A stretch of 64,000 bases of DNA from Chiloscyllium plagiosum (Eukaryota), in assembly GCF_004010195.1 (NCBI RefSeq), contig NC_057719.1, positions 82,329,953 through 82,393,952 on the forward strand, written 5' to 3'. The position numbers and the translations under genes were made by a program. Under the pieces are notes generated by a model. It was not told the DNA's origin. It did not search any database and saw only the letters and a program-made list of their open reading frames with translations. Every line of letters begins with the position of its first letter. Positions within the stretch are counted from its first letter, which is position 1. This document shows, in pieces, positions 1 to 12,049 of the stretch.

Positions 1-620
1 TTGGTCAGAGTATTGAGTACAGGAGTTGGGAGGTCATGTTGCGGCTGTACAGGACATTGGTTAGGCCACTGTTGGAATATTTTGTGCAATTCTGGTCTCC
101 TTCCTATCGGAAAGATGTTGTGAAACTTGAAAGGGTTCAGAAAAGATTTACAAGGATGTTTACAGGGTTGGAGGATTTGAGCCACAGAGAGAGGCTGAAC
201 AGTCTGGGGCTGTTTTACCTGGAGCGTCGGAGGCTGAGGGGTGACCTTATAGAGGTTTACAAAATGATGAGGGGCATGGATAGGATAAATAGACAAAATC
301 TCTTCCCTAGGGTCAGGGAGTCCAGAACTAGAGGGCATAGGTTTAGGGTGAGAGAGGAAAGATATAAAAGGGACCTAAGGGGCAACGTTTTCACGCAGAG
401 GGTGGTACGTGTATGGAATGAGCTGCCAGAGGATGTGGTGGAGGCTGTACAATTGCAACATTTAAGAGGCATTTGGATGGGTATATGAATAAGAAGGGTT
501 TGGAGGGATATGGGCCAGGTGCTGGCAGGTGGGACTAGATTGGGTCGGGATATATGGTCAGCATGGACGGGTTGGACCAAAAGGTCTGCTTCAATGCTGT
601 ACATCTCTATGACTCTCTAT
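1..620 (+). mobile_element. CR1/HER1 LINE 3' end
   Basis: ORF 36-488 (LYRTLVRPLLEY..QFWSP..RRLRGDLIEVYK) is the CR1 ORF2 C-terminus; tail ends in ctatgactct repeats. Confidence 0.92.
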
Positions 621-1735
621 GCTTTTTACTAAAGCTCACAATACAGCAATGAATCCCACATTCTTACCACCTGAATTCCTCATTCCTTATTGTGATTACC
701 TTATATCTGCAGATCTTAGTTTTGAACTCTTCTCCCTCTATCTACCCTGTCAAATGCCTTCAGAAATTTAAAGACCTCTATCAGTTGCAGATAAAAGAAA
801 GCATCATTTTGACCCAACAATTGAATTTGCTACTTTAGTTTCTCCTCCAATTGTGAAAAGATACACAGAACAATTCCTGGTTTGACAGAACATTAGATTT
901 TTTTTATTGTACATGTAATGCAAAGTAAATGCGACAGCAATTATCAATAATCATCCTGAGCTGCAGGAGTGAGCTCATCGATGAACTTGTACAGACAGGT
1001 CCTAGCTGGAGCCTCGCTTCTGTAGGTCACAGCACTCAAGTTGTTTACTAAAGTGTAGCTTTGTCCTCAGGTCTTATCACTTGGATGCAAGACATGTGAT
1101 CTAATCACAGGTTACATTGACAAAAGGATCGATCCCTCAGGGTCAACATTAGCTTTCATTCTCAAGGTAGAGATTTCATTTTGTCTTCAGAGTTAGCAGC
1201 CTGGGTGAGGTTGGACATATAACTGTGGACATAACTTTTACCACATGCCCTCCTGCCTCCAATTACTGAGCAGCCCACTCATCTGTCACTAAGTCTGTTC
1301 ATCCTGCCCCTGATAAGGAAGATTCATTATCAATCTTCAACCCCCGTGTTGGATACTTTGATCTCTGATAAACAGGAAGATCTTCTCTCAAAACATTTTG
1401 TTTCAAATACAGCTCCATTTTTCCATTGGGGTTGAACAGTATCCTTTCAGCTCTGGAGGTGGAGGTCTGGTACATGATCCAACAACAAGCCTGGGACTTT
1501 TGGAGTCCCTGTTACAAATATACAAACAAATACATTAACAATGGAGTAAGCTGCTTGGCTCCTCAGTCTTTTAGTAGGATTGTGGCTGATTTGTTTAAGG
1601 TCCCAAAGGAGCCTTCCACGTTATTCAAAGTTTCACCTGCACACTCACAAATGTCATTTAGAGTCATAGAGATGTACAGCACGGAAATAGATCCTTAGGT
1701 CCAACCCATCCATGCCGACCAGATATCCCAACCCA

Positions 1736-2253
1736 GGCAAAAGTGAGGACTGCAGATGCTAGAAACCAGAGTCTAGATCAGAATGGTGCTGGAAAAGCAC
1801 AGCAGGTCAGGCAGCATCTGAGAAGCAGGAAAATCCGGTGGAGTGGATGAGTGGGAAGGGAGTTTGGCAGGTAGGACAGGTCATGAGACCAGTGCTGAGC
1901 TGGAAGGTTGAAACTGGGGTAAGGTGGGGGGAGGGGAAATGAGGAAACTGGTGAAGTCCACATTGATGCCCTGGGGTTGAAGTGTTCCAAGGTGCTCCAC
2001 CCTCCCCTCTGACCTATCACCTCCATCCCCAATCCCATCCACCTACTGCACTCTTAGCTACCTTCTCCCCAGCCCCACCCCCTCCCATTTATCTCTCCAC
2101 CCTGGAGGCTCCCGGCCTCATTCCTGATGAAGGGCTTTTGCCCGAAATGTCGATTTTCCTGCTCCTGGGCTGCTGCCTGACCTGTTGTGCTTTTCCAGCA
2201 CGACTCTAATCTTGACTCTGATCTCCAGCATCCGCAGTACCCACTTTCGCCTA
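1736..2253. mobile_element. Penelope-like element terminus in fold-back (inverted) arrangement, carrying a hammerhead core
   Basis: About 100-bp inverted arms (1736-1835 / 2150-2253); internal sequence matches the terminus at 57536-57708 and 63790-64000; CTGATGA..GAAA at 2124-2147. Confidence 0.75.
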
Positions 2254-2408
2254 CTTCACAATCCCCGATAGTCATTCATTTCCACCTCCTCCTTAAAAAT
2301 CTGCAAAGTTCCATTTCCCCAGCCTTTCAAGCAAGAGAGCTCCAAAGATTCAAAACTTGCCTTGTCTGCACTAAAATGGGCAACACCTTCTTTTAAAACA
2401 TTGACTCC

Positions 2409-2859
2409 TGGGGGTAGTTGGTTAGCTCACTGAGCTGTTGGGTTATCGTGCCGATGTTTTGTCAGCATGCTGGGTAACATCATCAGTGTGACTTCCATAA
2501 AGCACTGTTGGTTTTTCTATGGGTCCAGTCTGTTGGGGTCCAGGTCTTCTCTGCAGCAGTTTGTACACCGGGTCTAACTCGTTGTGTTTGATGACTGCCT
2601 TTTTGGTTCAAAAGGCTTCCAAGAACTCTCTTGCGTGTCTCCAGTTGGCCTGTCCAAGGATAGCAACTTCATCATAATTGAATTGATGGCCCTCTTAGCC
2701 TGTGTGTACGGAGATGAGGGAGAGTGAACCATCACTTCACAAACACCAACTGGCTACTCAACTGCATGATCCAGTATGGCTGCACGATAACACAGCAGCT
2801 CGGCCAGTTAACTAACTACCTCATCCACAACCCGAGCTACAAATCTTGATGGAAACCTT
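2409..2859 (-). mobile_element. Penelope-like element fragment (GIY-YIG C-terminus plus terminus)
   Basis: Minus translation SLISVHT..EGHQFNYDEVAILGQANWRHAREFLEAF; flanked by direct repeat attgactcc (2400-2408 / 2860-2868). Confidence 0.75.
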
Positions 2860-2869
2860 ATTGACTCCC

Positions 2870-3430
2870 AGCTCTGTATACCAAAGAAAATATCCTTTCC
2901 TTATAGTCATCCTTTCAAGACCCTCAGGATCTTATGTTTTGAATAAGCTACCTCTTAGTCTTGTAAATTCCAGCCTAGCCTGATCAAACTTGCTTCATAT
3001 AACAAATGGTTCCAGGTATTAGTTCAGTAAACCCTCCCTGAACTGCTTCCAAAGCATTTACATCCCTCCATAAATAAGGAAACAAGCGCTGTACACAGTA
3101 CTCCGGATGTGCCCTCACCAACTGTATGTGCGCTGTACAACTGAAGCATAACGTCACTACTTTTGTATTTAATTCCTCTCGCTATAAACCATAACATTTT
3201 AGTAGCTTTCCTGATTACTGCCTGCATACTAACCTGCTGTGATTCATGCACTAAGACACCCAGATCTCTCTGCGTCTCACAGCTCTCCAACCTCTCACCA
3301 TCTAGATTAAGTGCTTCTTTACTTTATTCCAACCAAAAAGGACGCTATCACATTATACTCAATTTGTCAAATTTCTGACCACTCAAATAACCTATATTTG
3401 CAAACCCTCGATGTCCTCCTCACAACATAC
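2870..3430 (-). mobile_element. Degenerate CR1 LINE fragment
   Basis: ORF 3024-3290 QRDLGVLVHES..VIRKA..IARGIKYKS.DVMLQLY. Confidence 0.8.
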
Positions 3431-4402
3431 TTTGTTACCTATCCTTGCGACAATTATTCTGTTTTAGATTCATATTGTTATATCACAAAACACTCACAAG
3501 TTGACCACATGTTCCTGTGTTATTCTACAATAACCCAAATATCAGGGAGTTTTTATTCAGAGGGTTAGACTCTCCTGTCCGTGCATGTCAATCAACTGCC
3601 CTATAGCTTGGCCTGATTTACTTAGCTTCCAGACTTAATCTAATAAACTCAAGGTACATCTATTCACACAAGCGTCATGGGGATCTGGATCTCCCTTGTC
3701 CCGAGAGGTTGCTGAGCTTTTGGGGGGGGGAGGGGGGTGTCAATTGAAAATTTCCAAAGTAAGATTATGGCTTTTGTTAGGCAAGGCTAATGAGAGACAG
3801 GAGACCAACAGGCAGACAGAGTTAAGATAACACTCGGTCACAGTTCAGTAGGATGGGCTCAAGGAGGCGAATGTTCTCCTTGGGGGAAACACAACCAGCA
3901 CTTTGCAAAGTCAGATGGTTTCTCCTGTCTCTTATACAATTTCCTTCTCGTTACATTCGCTCAGTCGCCATCGCCATGTGCCTCTTGGGCTGCCCAACGG
4001 AGAGTCAACATTTTACTTTGGAGGGAACACACTCTGGGAAACAACTGACGCGTCAACTGGTTCCCGACATGGAAGGGTGCAGCCTCTTTGTCTCACAACG
4101 AGCAGCAGTTATTTAAATTGATTCTTTGCGTTGCTAATTTCCGAGTTCAGTCCAGTGGTTCCAACCTGGTGACTTCGGCTCCGTTTGGGTGCCTTGGGGG
4201 GAGGCATTGCGTTGGGTTGGATCTAATCGGAGATCTATGCAAAATGCCATACTTTCTCCAAAGGAGTACAGTTGGGCTGATCGAGTGATGGAGCAATGGG
4301 GTGGGGGGGTGTGGGCAGGCCCATCTTTTGGGCCTTTAGCTATTGTGCCTTGATAGATTCAATGGAGCAGAGGGGCATTTCATCCAAGAGAGGTAAGGTG
4401 CT

Positions 4403-5497
4403 TTATCTCAAACAGGGCTTGTCCTTTAAATTGATGGCAGTGGGCGCATCTAGAGAGGTGATAGTATATCTCGAGCGGGAGGTTTGGCTTACTGTGCTAC
4501 TGGTTGTCTGCCTCTTGTTGGAGAACAGGAGGTTTCTCAGCTGAACTCGGAACTTGTTGTGGAGGGAGGCGTAGATGAAGGGGTTGTAACAGGCGGAGCT
4601 CATGGCAACCAAATGGCAGGAGACCTGGATCACATTAACGTAGCTCTTGTCTATGATGTTGATGTCAATGTCCCGTATCAGATTGACCGTCTGCAGAGGC
4701 AACCAGCACAGGGCAAAGGACAGGGCAGAAATGGCTAGCATCCAGAAAGTCCGCCTCCTCCTCCTCCTCCTTGACCACTTCTCCTGGTTGTAGGAGGCCT
4801 CACCGGGCACCTTGCTTTTCTTTAAGTGGTGAGATATGGCACAGTAGGAAATGGAGACGGCGCTGAGTGGGAGCATGTAGGAGAGCAGCAGCATGACACA
4901 GGAATAGACCAGCCTTTGCTCTTCCAAGTTAGTCCAGTTCTCCTCGCAGATAAGCATGTTGTACCCAGCATGTTTGAGGGCAAAGTAGTTGGTGTGCAAG
5001 TATGATGGCATTGAAACACCAATGGAGACCAACCAGATAAAGGCAACGATATAGACACAGTACCGTGGTCTGATTCTTTGGTGGATTGGGTATGCCACCA
5101 CCACATACCTGTCCACAGCTATGGCAGTGAGGGACAAGACAGACACATAGACGGTGGTGGATTGCATGAGGGTGATGAAGTAGCACATGAAGATCCCGAA
5201 AAGCCACCCTTTGGTTTCGAATGCGTAGGACGCAGTAATTGGAACACAGAAGATGCACATTACCAGGTCGGAGGCTGCCAGGTTGCCAATGAGAAAATTC
5301 GTGGTCGTGTGAAGCTTCTTGGTGACGGAGATGTTAGCCACAAGGAGGAGGTTACCAGAACAAGCCACAATCACCAGCACCACATACAGCGGGATGAAGA
5401 GAGGCTTCAACTCAAAGAGGAGGTGAAGGCCTGGGAACACAGGATCCATATTGTCCATTGAATAATTCAGGGCCATGGTGTGATGTTCCAGAGTCAT
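4403..5497 (-). CDS. prlh2r: Prolactin-releasing peptide receptor family GPCR (most like PRLH2R / C-RFamide receptor), intronless CDS, 364 aa
   Basis: Seven-TM rhodopsin motifs GN (TM1), NLAASD (TM2), AVDRY (TM3), CWLP (TM6) and SSACYNPFIYASLH (TM7), plus TTNFLIGNL typical of the PRLHR family. The N-terminal FPGLHLLFELKPLFIPLY resembles fish prlh2r. NYS sequon present. In-frame TGA sits directly before the ATG. Family call is firm; paralogue call is from recall, not a search. Confidence 0.9.
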   Translation of the reverse strand: MTLEHHTMALNYSMDNMDPVFPGLHLLFELKPLFIPLYVVLVIVACSGNLLLVANISVTKKLHTTTNFLIGNLAASDLVMCIFCVPITASYAFETKGWLFGIFMCYFITLMQSTTVYVSVLSLTAIAVDRYVVVAYPIHQRIRPRYCVYIVAFIWLVSIGVSMPSYLHTNYFALKHAGYNMLICEENWTNLEEQRLVYSCVMLLLSYMLPLSAVSISYCAISHHLKKSKVPGEASYNQEKWSRRRRRRRTFWMLAISALSFALCWLPLQTVNLIRDIDINIIDKSYVNVIQVSCHLVAMSSACYNPFIYASLHNKFRVQLRNLLFSNKRQTTSSTVSQTSRSRYTITSLDAPTAINLKDKPCLR

Positions 5498-5517
5498 TCA
5501 GGTCAATGCAAACTCAC

Positions 5518-5548
5518 CTGCATAAAAAAACAAAAACAAGAATTAAAA
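5518..5548 (-). other. 3' splice acceptor upstream of the receptor coding exon
   Basis: Minus strand reads TTTTAATTCTTGTTTTTGTTTTTTTATGCAG| (branch-like TTAAT, polypyrimidine tract, CAG). The exon would start at 5517, 20 nt before the ATG. Confidence 0.75.
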
Positions 5549-5899
5549 TCCTGCAATAGCCAACCACTTCTTGACCGTCATCTGTTTTGATTGCGCAACT
5601 TTATTTTGCCCTGCTCTTATTTTCTTTTCTCATTAGTGTTATTTAAATTAAGATATAATCCAGCCGGAAGCCAAAACTCTCTCCCAGATCTTTTGTTTTA
5701 ATCCTTCAGACAAGATGAGGGATTCAGGGTGGGGGCAGCTGTGAAGGATGTTGCTGGTAATGTGAAGGAGGCTCCAGGGACTGAATGGCCTCCTCCTGCT
5801 CCCACTTTCTAAGTTTCTATGTTTTGAATGGCATGTTTATTTCTTGTTCCTAGTTGTCCTTGAGAGGTAATGACAGACAACCTTTGTGGACCCTTGCAA

Positions 5900-8400
5900 T
5901 GTATGATAGAAACATAAGAAATTGGAGCTGCAGTAGGTCATTTCGCCCTTGATCATTCAAATCAATTATGGTTGATCCCTTGTACTCTGAGTTTGTTTAC
6001 TAAATTCTTGTATGGGACCTTATTGAATGCCTTCTGAAAATCTAACTGCATCACAGTCATTGGTTCCTTCAAACTGTTCTCATAGTTACCTCATCAAACA
6101 AAACTGCAAATACTTGTTAAACACTATTTCCCTTTCATTAATCCATGTTCGACCCTGCTCATTCCTACTATTATTTCCTGAAAGTTCCATGATCACATCC
6201 TTTAGAATAGATTTTAGCATTTTCCCCACTGTTGATGTCAAGCTAACAGGTGTCTCACTCTCCTTTTATTAATACGGGGGTTACATTTGCTATCCTCCAG
6301 TTCTCAGGAAGTATTCCAGAATCTATTAAAGATGACCATGAGTGCATCCATCATTTCTACCTCCACTTCATATTCTGGGATGTAGATCATCACATCCAGG
6401 AGATCTATAAACTTTCAGTCTCAATGCTATTTTTTACACATTTTTTTCAGTTCCTCATTCTCACTAATCCATTGTTTCGCTGGTATTTCTTGATGGGTTT
6501 TTTGTTCCTCTATGAAGAAAAATATGAGTTATTTCTTTAATTTCTCTGCCATTTTCTCCATTATAAATTCTCCTGTCTCTGTCTATAATGATCCTGCATT
6601 TGTCTTTGATCATTTTTTTCTTACAGATTTTTTTACAGCCCTTTATATGCTTTTTTACTAGTTTACTTTTTCTATTTTCTATTCTAATATTCCATTTTCC
6701 CTTTCTTTAGCTATTTCTTGGTCCTCATTTGCTAATTTCTAAATTGATCCCAATCCTCATGTTTACTACGTTTTGGACAACTTTGTATGTTTTCTCTTTT
6801 GATCTAATACAATCTTTAATTTCTCTTGTTATCAATGGTTGGATCACTTTTTCTGTTGGATTTTTGTAATGTAAATTTGTTGCAGACCATGTACATTATT
6901 TTCTGTTTTCTACCACACTTTTTAACGTAGTTCTATAATCAGCCATAGACAACTTCTCATTCATATTGTTGCACTTTTCTTTGTTTTGATGTAAGACTGT
7001 AGCTTCAGATTGAATTTCATCACTTTCAAACTTAAAGTAAAATTTCATCAAACTAGGATTACTCCTCTCTAAAGGCTCCTTCACAATGAGATTATTCATT
7101 AGTTCTTCCTCATTGCACAATATTAAATAAAAACAGAATGTTTCCTATACACCCTGTTCGAGAAAACCATTCAAAAATTTGTCCTCCATAACATTAGAAT
7201 TTTTTTGCCTAATATATATGTGGAATGGATTCTTCCTGTATTATTGTTTCACCATTGTCCACATACCTCTAATTTCCTGATTTATATCTTGTCTTACATT
7301 AGCCCTACTGCTTGTTGGCCTATTTAACAACTCCTACCAATGTTTACTGCACCTTCCAATTTCTTAGCTCCAATCAAACTGATTCCACACCTTGATTTTC
7401 CAATCTAAGATTCACTCTCACTAATGAGCTAATTAGTACGTCTTGATTTTCCAATCTAAGATTCACTCTCGCTAATGTAATAATTAAAGTCCGCCTCCTT
7501 GTTCTCTTATGAATATCCTCCCTTAATATTAAACATTCTTGAATAATCAGTCAGCTTTGGCCAACCTGCAGTTATGTTTATAAAATAGCAATTTAGTCAG
7601 TCCCATATCTTTCCACTTGCACCATCATTCACCTCCCTTGTTCAAAATATTGTGGGCATTCAGATAGAGTACGTTTAATTTTGCCTTTTAAAATCTTTGC
7701 ATGTAATTGAGCCTATTTGATCCTTGCTTCTGTTTGCACTACCTCACCTCACTTCCTATTTTTCTTACGGTCATTCCCAGCTTTGTTTCTCTCCTACCTG
7801 AATTTCCTCTTGTTAGTTAGTTATTTTAATACCCTGTCCACAGCACTAGTAAATCTCCCTGTGAGATCTTCATTCTAGTTCTATTGCGTATCCTTTTTGG
7901 ACTGGTCTAATATCTCAGAAATTTAAAGCTCTCTTTCCTATACCATCTCTCGTTTACTTGTTCTTTCTGTTTCTGTTCTCAGTAGTGTTGTAATGGCCCG
8001 AAAGGGTTAATTGTTAGAGACTGCATTAGGCTCCACCAGATCTGATGGTGTCACATAGTAATGGGTAGGGAAGTTGGGAGACTAGCTCTGGATCTTGAAA
8101 GGGATAGACGTGTCATCAATATCTCCTAATAATCTTGGTAACAATGTCTAGCTATCATGCAAAGAACCTCTTCTTGTTCCTCTATCACTGAAAACCAAAT
8201 AGACCCTTAGACCAAGAAAGGAAAGGGGATCATTTTACCCAAACATACCACAATGCACATACAATTGGGGGTAATCCTGACATTACTGGCTTTGAAGTCT
8301 GCTTTGTAAACTCTTTCCAAGCTCTCTGAAATCTGGTTTCAGGCACTCATCCCTCTTTCTACTTGCAACATTGGCACTGATGTGGACCATGCCCATTGGT
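5900..8400 (-). mobile_element. Old CR1 LINE (ORF1 remnant, APE endonuclease, RT start)
   Basis: ORF 6896-7120 CNEEELMNNLIVKEPL..S is the CR1 endonuclease C-terminus; RT-like remnants at 6000-6400. Confidence 0.7.
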
Positions 8401-8929
8401 GCATTGTCCTCACCCAGTGTTCCCACAGGGCAGGGAGCTTTGGGATTTTTGACTGAGCAATAACAAAGGAACAGTGAATAATATCCAAGTCAGAAGTGAC
8501 AGTGATCCTGTGCACCTGATGTCCTTGCCTTCTAAGTAGTGGAAGTTATGGAATGGTAAGTGACCATTCTTCCTTGACCAGGACAGCTGACCACAAATAG
8601 CCATCCATCCCCACGCAACCAGGAGCAGGATTCCTTGATGATTTCACCAGAATCCTCCACATCTACCCGTGCAACACCGAATCTAACTACTGTTACACTG
8701 ACACAGGGTTCAATCTGGCTAAATCGTTTTGAGTTTTTAACAGGGCTTTCCAGCGCACGGTCTTGTGAGAATTCTTCCTGTATCTTACCAAATGTGCTTC
8801 ATTATCCATTCCGGCTCTATGGCATCCTGCTTGTCAAATTCTAGCCCCATCTCACCAAGCACCATTCCCACAGTGACTCACTGCTCAGTGGATATTCAGG
8901 ACTTGGCCCCTTTGTACCTGCCATCTTTG

Positions 8930-9565
8930 AAAGGATGGTGTGCCCCTGCACAATCTGGTACTCCCCTCATTGGCGGGGCGGTGGCTGCAGTGTGGTTGGC
9001 GTGGATTGGCATGAGGTTGGAGCGGTGTCAGTGGGGCGGTGGCTGCAGTGTGGTTGGCGTGGATTGGGACTCATGGCAGCAGTGCCTGGAGCAGGGGTTC
9101 CTGGTTGTAGTAGGCCTGGAGCCTGGACTCTTGGGTGGTGGTGGTAGCTGGAGCGGGGACCCTGTGCTATGGTAGGCCAGGACCTGGACTCTCAGCATAG
9201 GTAGTGCTCGAGCAGGGGCCTTTCACTGTGATAGGGTCTAAGCCTGGAATCTTGAGTGGTTGTGGTGCCCGGAGCGTTGTAGTAGGCCCAGAGCCTGGAT
9301 TGTTGGCAGTTTTAGTGAGGTGGTGGCAACAGCAGAGCTGGAGGTGTCGTCATTGCTGTAACTGGAGAAGGGACTCCTTGAGGCCCAGAACACTTTACAG
9401 AAGTCCTGCAGCCATGTTGAGATCCAGTTTTAACAGAAGATTTAAGTAATTCCTTTTTATTCTTTTTGTAACTCAAAATGGATTGTGGTGACAAAACACT
9501 TTTCACTGCATCTTCCGAGATATTTGTGACAATATAATCATGCAAAATCATTCATTCATTCAAAA
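8930..9565 (+). mobile_element. G-rich interspersed element with ~58-bp internal repeats and a LINE-like (Rex1/L2-type) 3' tail
   Basis: 35-bp exact repeat at 8975-9009 / 9033-9067; degenerate gtaggcc..gagcctggactc units; tail cttttcactgcatc..tgtgacaat..(cattc)n. Confidence 0.45.
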
Positions 9566-9719
9566 CCATTAATTCGTTCAATTCCAAATGTAAGTTCTGT
9601 AAAAGTGAACAACAATAAAACCGATTGAGGCTGCAGTTTACCCCCACAATGCAAACCACATGCTGGCACTAGAACCAGTGACATTGACAGCAACAGTCCA
9701 TGATGGTCTTCTGCATCTA

Positions 9720-10010
9720 GCTGTATCTACGGTGTCAATTATGCCCTGTCTGCCTTTTAATGTCCAATGTAAGGGAGTTCTGTTACCCACAAGGAGATCT
9801 TCCTCCAGCTCAATGTCCTCATCCATCTCCTTGGAAAAATTCTCCTATTCCCTCGCCTTCTCATTGCCTGCTGCAATTGTGCAGGGCACAGTATATCGGA
9901 ATGGTGTGGCACACTTTGTCCAAACGCCCGCAGATTGCTCCATGCCACATCTTCAGCAGCCCTACTTGTCTGTTCCACCCCAGCCCTGGTCGCAGAAATG
10001 TGCACCAACT
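9720..10010 (-). mobile_element. PIF/Harbinger (HARBI1-like) transposase fossil, C-terminal part
   Basis: Across frameshifts: HISATRAGVEQT / VGLLKMW / DKVCHTIPIYCALHN / acidic tail / GRQG, matching Harbinger H..TR..VE.TIGLLK.R..KV..I...CC.LHN. Confidence 0.7.
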
Positions 10011-11032
10011 CAGTGAAGCCACTGCGCAAGTTGAGTGACAATGATATTACATTCAATAAAAGAAGTGCCTGCTGCACTCTGACCCCTTTCCCAACCTCAA
10101 CTGCTTCACTTTGCTCTGAATTCATGAGAATTGTATTGATATAACATATGCTGCAACAGTGTACAGAAGCCCTGGAAGTTCCAAAAGTGACGGGTCACCT
10201 TTGCCCAGCAGTCGTCCCTTGTTTTAAGTCATCTCCACCAACTTGAGCATCATTGAGATGCCAATGTTCAATTTTCACAGACTGATGGCATGCTGCAAAA
10301 TCACCTTTGACTAGAGTCTACACCCAAGCATTGAAAACGGATGAAGAAATGAAAGGTAGCTAAGGTTTTGTAACACTTGCTTCACTATTTGCCCATTCAA
10401 TACTCAAACATCCAGCAGACCTATGCTTTTGCCCTTCAAAAACCTGGCACTGCCTCTCTTTATCTTAGGCACTATTCCAGCCATTTCGCATCCAGACAAC
10501 AGCACATGATGGTAATGAACGCAGTGGACACCATCAAAACCGGGCCTCACCTGGTCACCAGATATACTCACTCCCATCCACACACCCCCGCAGCCTCCAT
10601 GACCCCTTTAACCTCGCTCTACCCCAACAGCCATTCCCCCATTCCACCCATTCCCCCAATGTTAAGTCCCACCACATTGAACATTGCCTCTAATTGCTCC
10701 CTGCACTCTCACATTACATCTTAATAGTGTCTGCTTTACTCTTCTACCCTCCCTATGTGAAGGCTATGCGGGTGTTCAATGCCATTAGCTTCCCATGACT
10801 TACCATACCTTCTGATCCACCTAGGCTTCTATCCACCTTGAGACTGCCTCTGTCATCATCATTCTTGCCCCTGCCTTCTCCCTCACCCCAGCCATGATTT
10901 ATCAACCCTTTTCAGCAATGATCTCCTACTGTCCCCTTTGTACCCTCCTCAACAATCAATGCATGGTCACATCCTCAGGACCCCACTTCCCCAAACCTGT
11001 GACTGACTTGAATGAGCAGCTCCTGGACACAT

Positions 11033-11070
11033 CTGAGTGCTGACCCCTGAGTGCTGACCCCTGAGTGCTG
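11033..11070 (+). repeat. 14-bp tandem repeat (ctgagtgctgaccc) x2.7
   Basis: Directly visible. Confidence 0.85.
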
Positions 11071-11746
11071 TGCTTGCAACTGATGATACACAGTTCTCTG
11101 GAACTGGTGCTGCTCGCCCCTACATTGCCTGGGCCCCTAGACTGTGGTCAGATTATATTCCATCATTGTCACCAGGCAGGGTGGATGACTGACTATGGCC
11201 AAGCTGCTAGACTGTGTATCTGTGACTGACAGTAGTGGGAACCCCTGACTGACAGCAATCTGCCAACCCTGCTTGACTGGACTGAGGACTGGCACCCCCA
11301 CCACCCTCCCAAGTCCACCTTCCAACAAGGCAATTTTTTGGATGTACATGGACTGTGTTGTTGGCATTGGCAGCTGGCACGTGCTGTGGATGTTGGATTG
11401 AGAAGCTCACGGCGCAGATACATAAATGTTCCTGATGGGCCAAGCAGGTCTTCTGATCCAATTCTGCCACAAATCCACATGAATGGAAGTACAGTTAATT
11501 TATTAATGTTTGGATTTAACATTCCACGGGAACGACACATTTCAGACAAAACTTCATTGCGTCCTGCGGGGTAATCAACAGTTAGCTCTTTCAGATTCAG
11601 CCTGTGGTGGAGGAGGGGAAAGTGGAACAAATTGTGAGGCTGCTCAGAGGAAAAGACAAAGGGGTTACTAATGGCATTGAAAACAAGATAGAGATGTAAA
11701 AAGAGCATCAATGAAGGTCTGAAAGGGAGAGAATAGGCCTGCTTTT

Positions 11747-11822
11747 TGTGTGTGTGTATGTGTGTGTGCATGTGTGTGTATACATATGTATGTGTATATG
11801 AATGTGTGTGCATGTGCGTTTG
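11747..11822 (+). repeat. Imperfect (TG/TA)n microsatellite
   Basis: Directly visible. Confidence 0.9.
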
Positions 11823-11849
11823 CTTATGGTGTGGGTGGGGGTCTCGGTT

Positions 11850-12035
11850 TAGGAGGGAACAAGGGAAAGGGTTTGGAAGATGCAAGAACAATGGAGGGTC
11901 AGAGGTCATGCTGTGAAGTTGTGGAATTCACTATTGAGTCTCAATAAGTGGAAAGTGAGATGTTATTCCTCAAGCTTGTGTTGCTCTCTAGTCAGCAGGA
12001 CTAAGATGGAAGTGTTTGGATGGAAACAAAATGGC
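11850..12035 (-). mobile_element. Degenerate Penelope-like fragment
   Basis: ctgtgaagttgtggaattcactattgagtc..gatgttattcctcaagcttgtg resembles PLE GIY-YIG C-terminal coding sequence (compare 1945-1990). Confidence 0.45.
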
Positions 12036-12049
12036 TTACTGTCCTTTGG

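Noticed and set aside
900..1420. Unexplained unique sequence with a minus-strand AATAAA (908-903); another AATAAA at 3557-3552
   Set aside because: No recognisable protein motif in any frame, and the receptor poly(A) site cannot be assigned from sequence alone.
4046..4055. Palindrome TGACGCGTCA (CRE-like) downstream of the receptor
   Set aside because: Non-canonical spacing and a single short motif; could be chance.
4296..5461. ORFs overlapping or antisense to the GPCR
   Set aside because: Shadow frames of a GC3-rich coding sequence with no recognisable protein features.
11193..11909. 238-aa minus ORF
   Set aside because: Runs through a TG microsatellite (HT repeats) and a repeat fragment; no domain or splice support.
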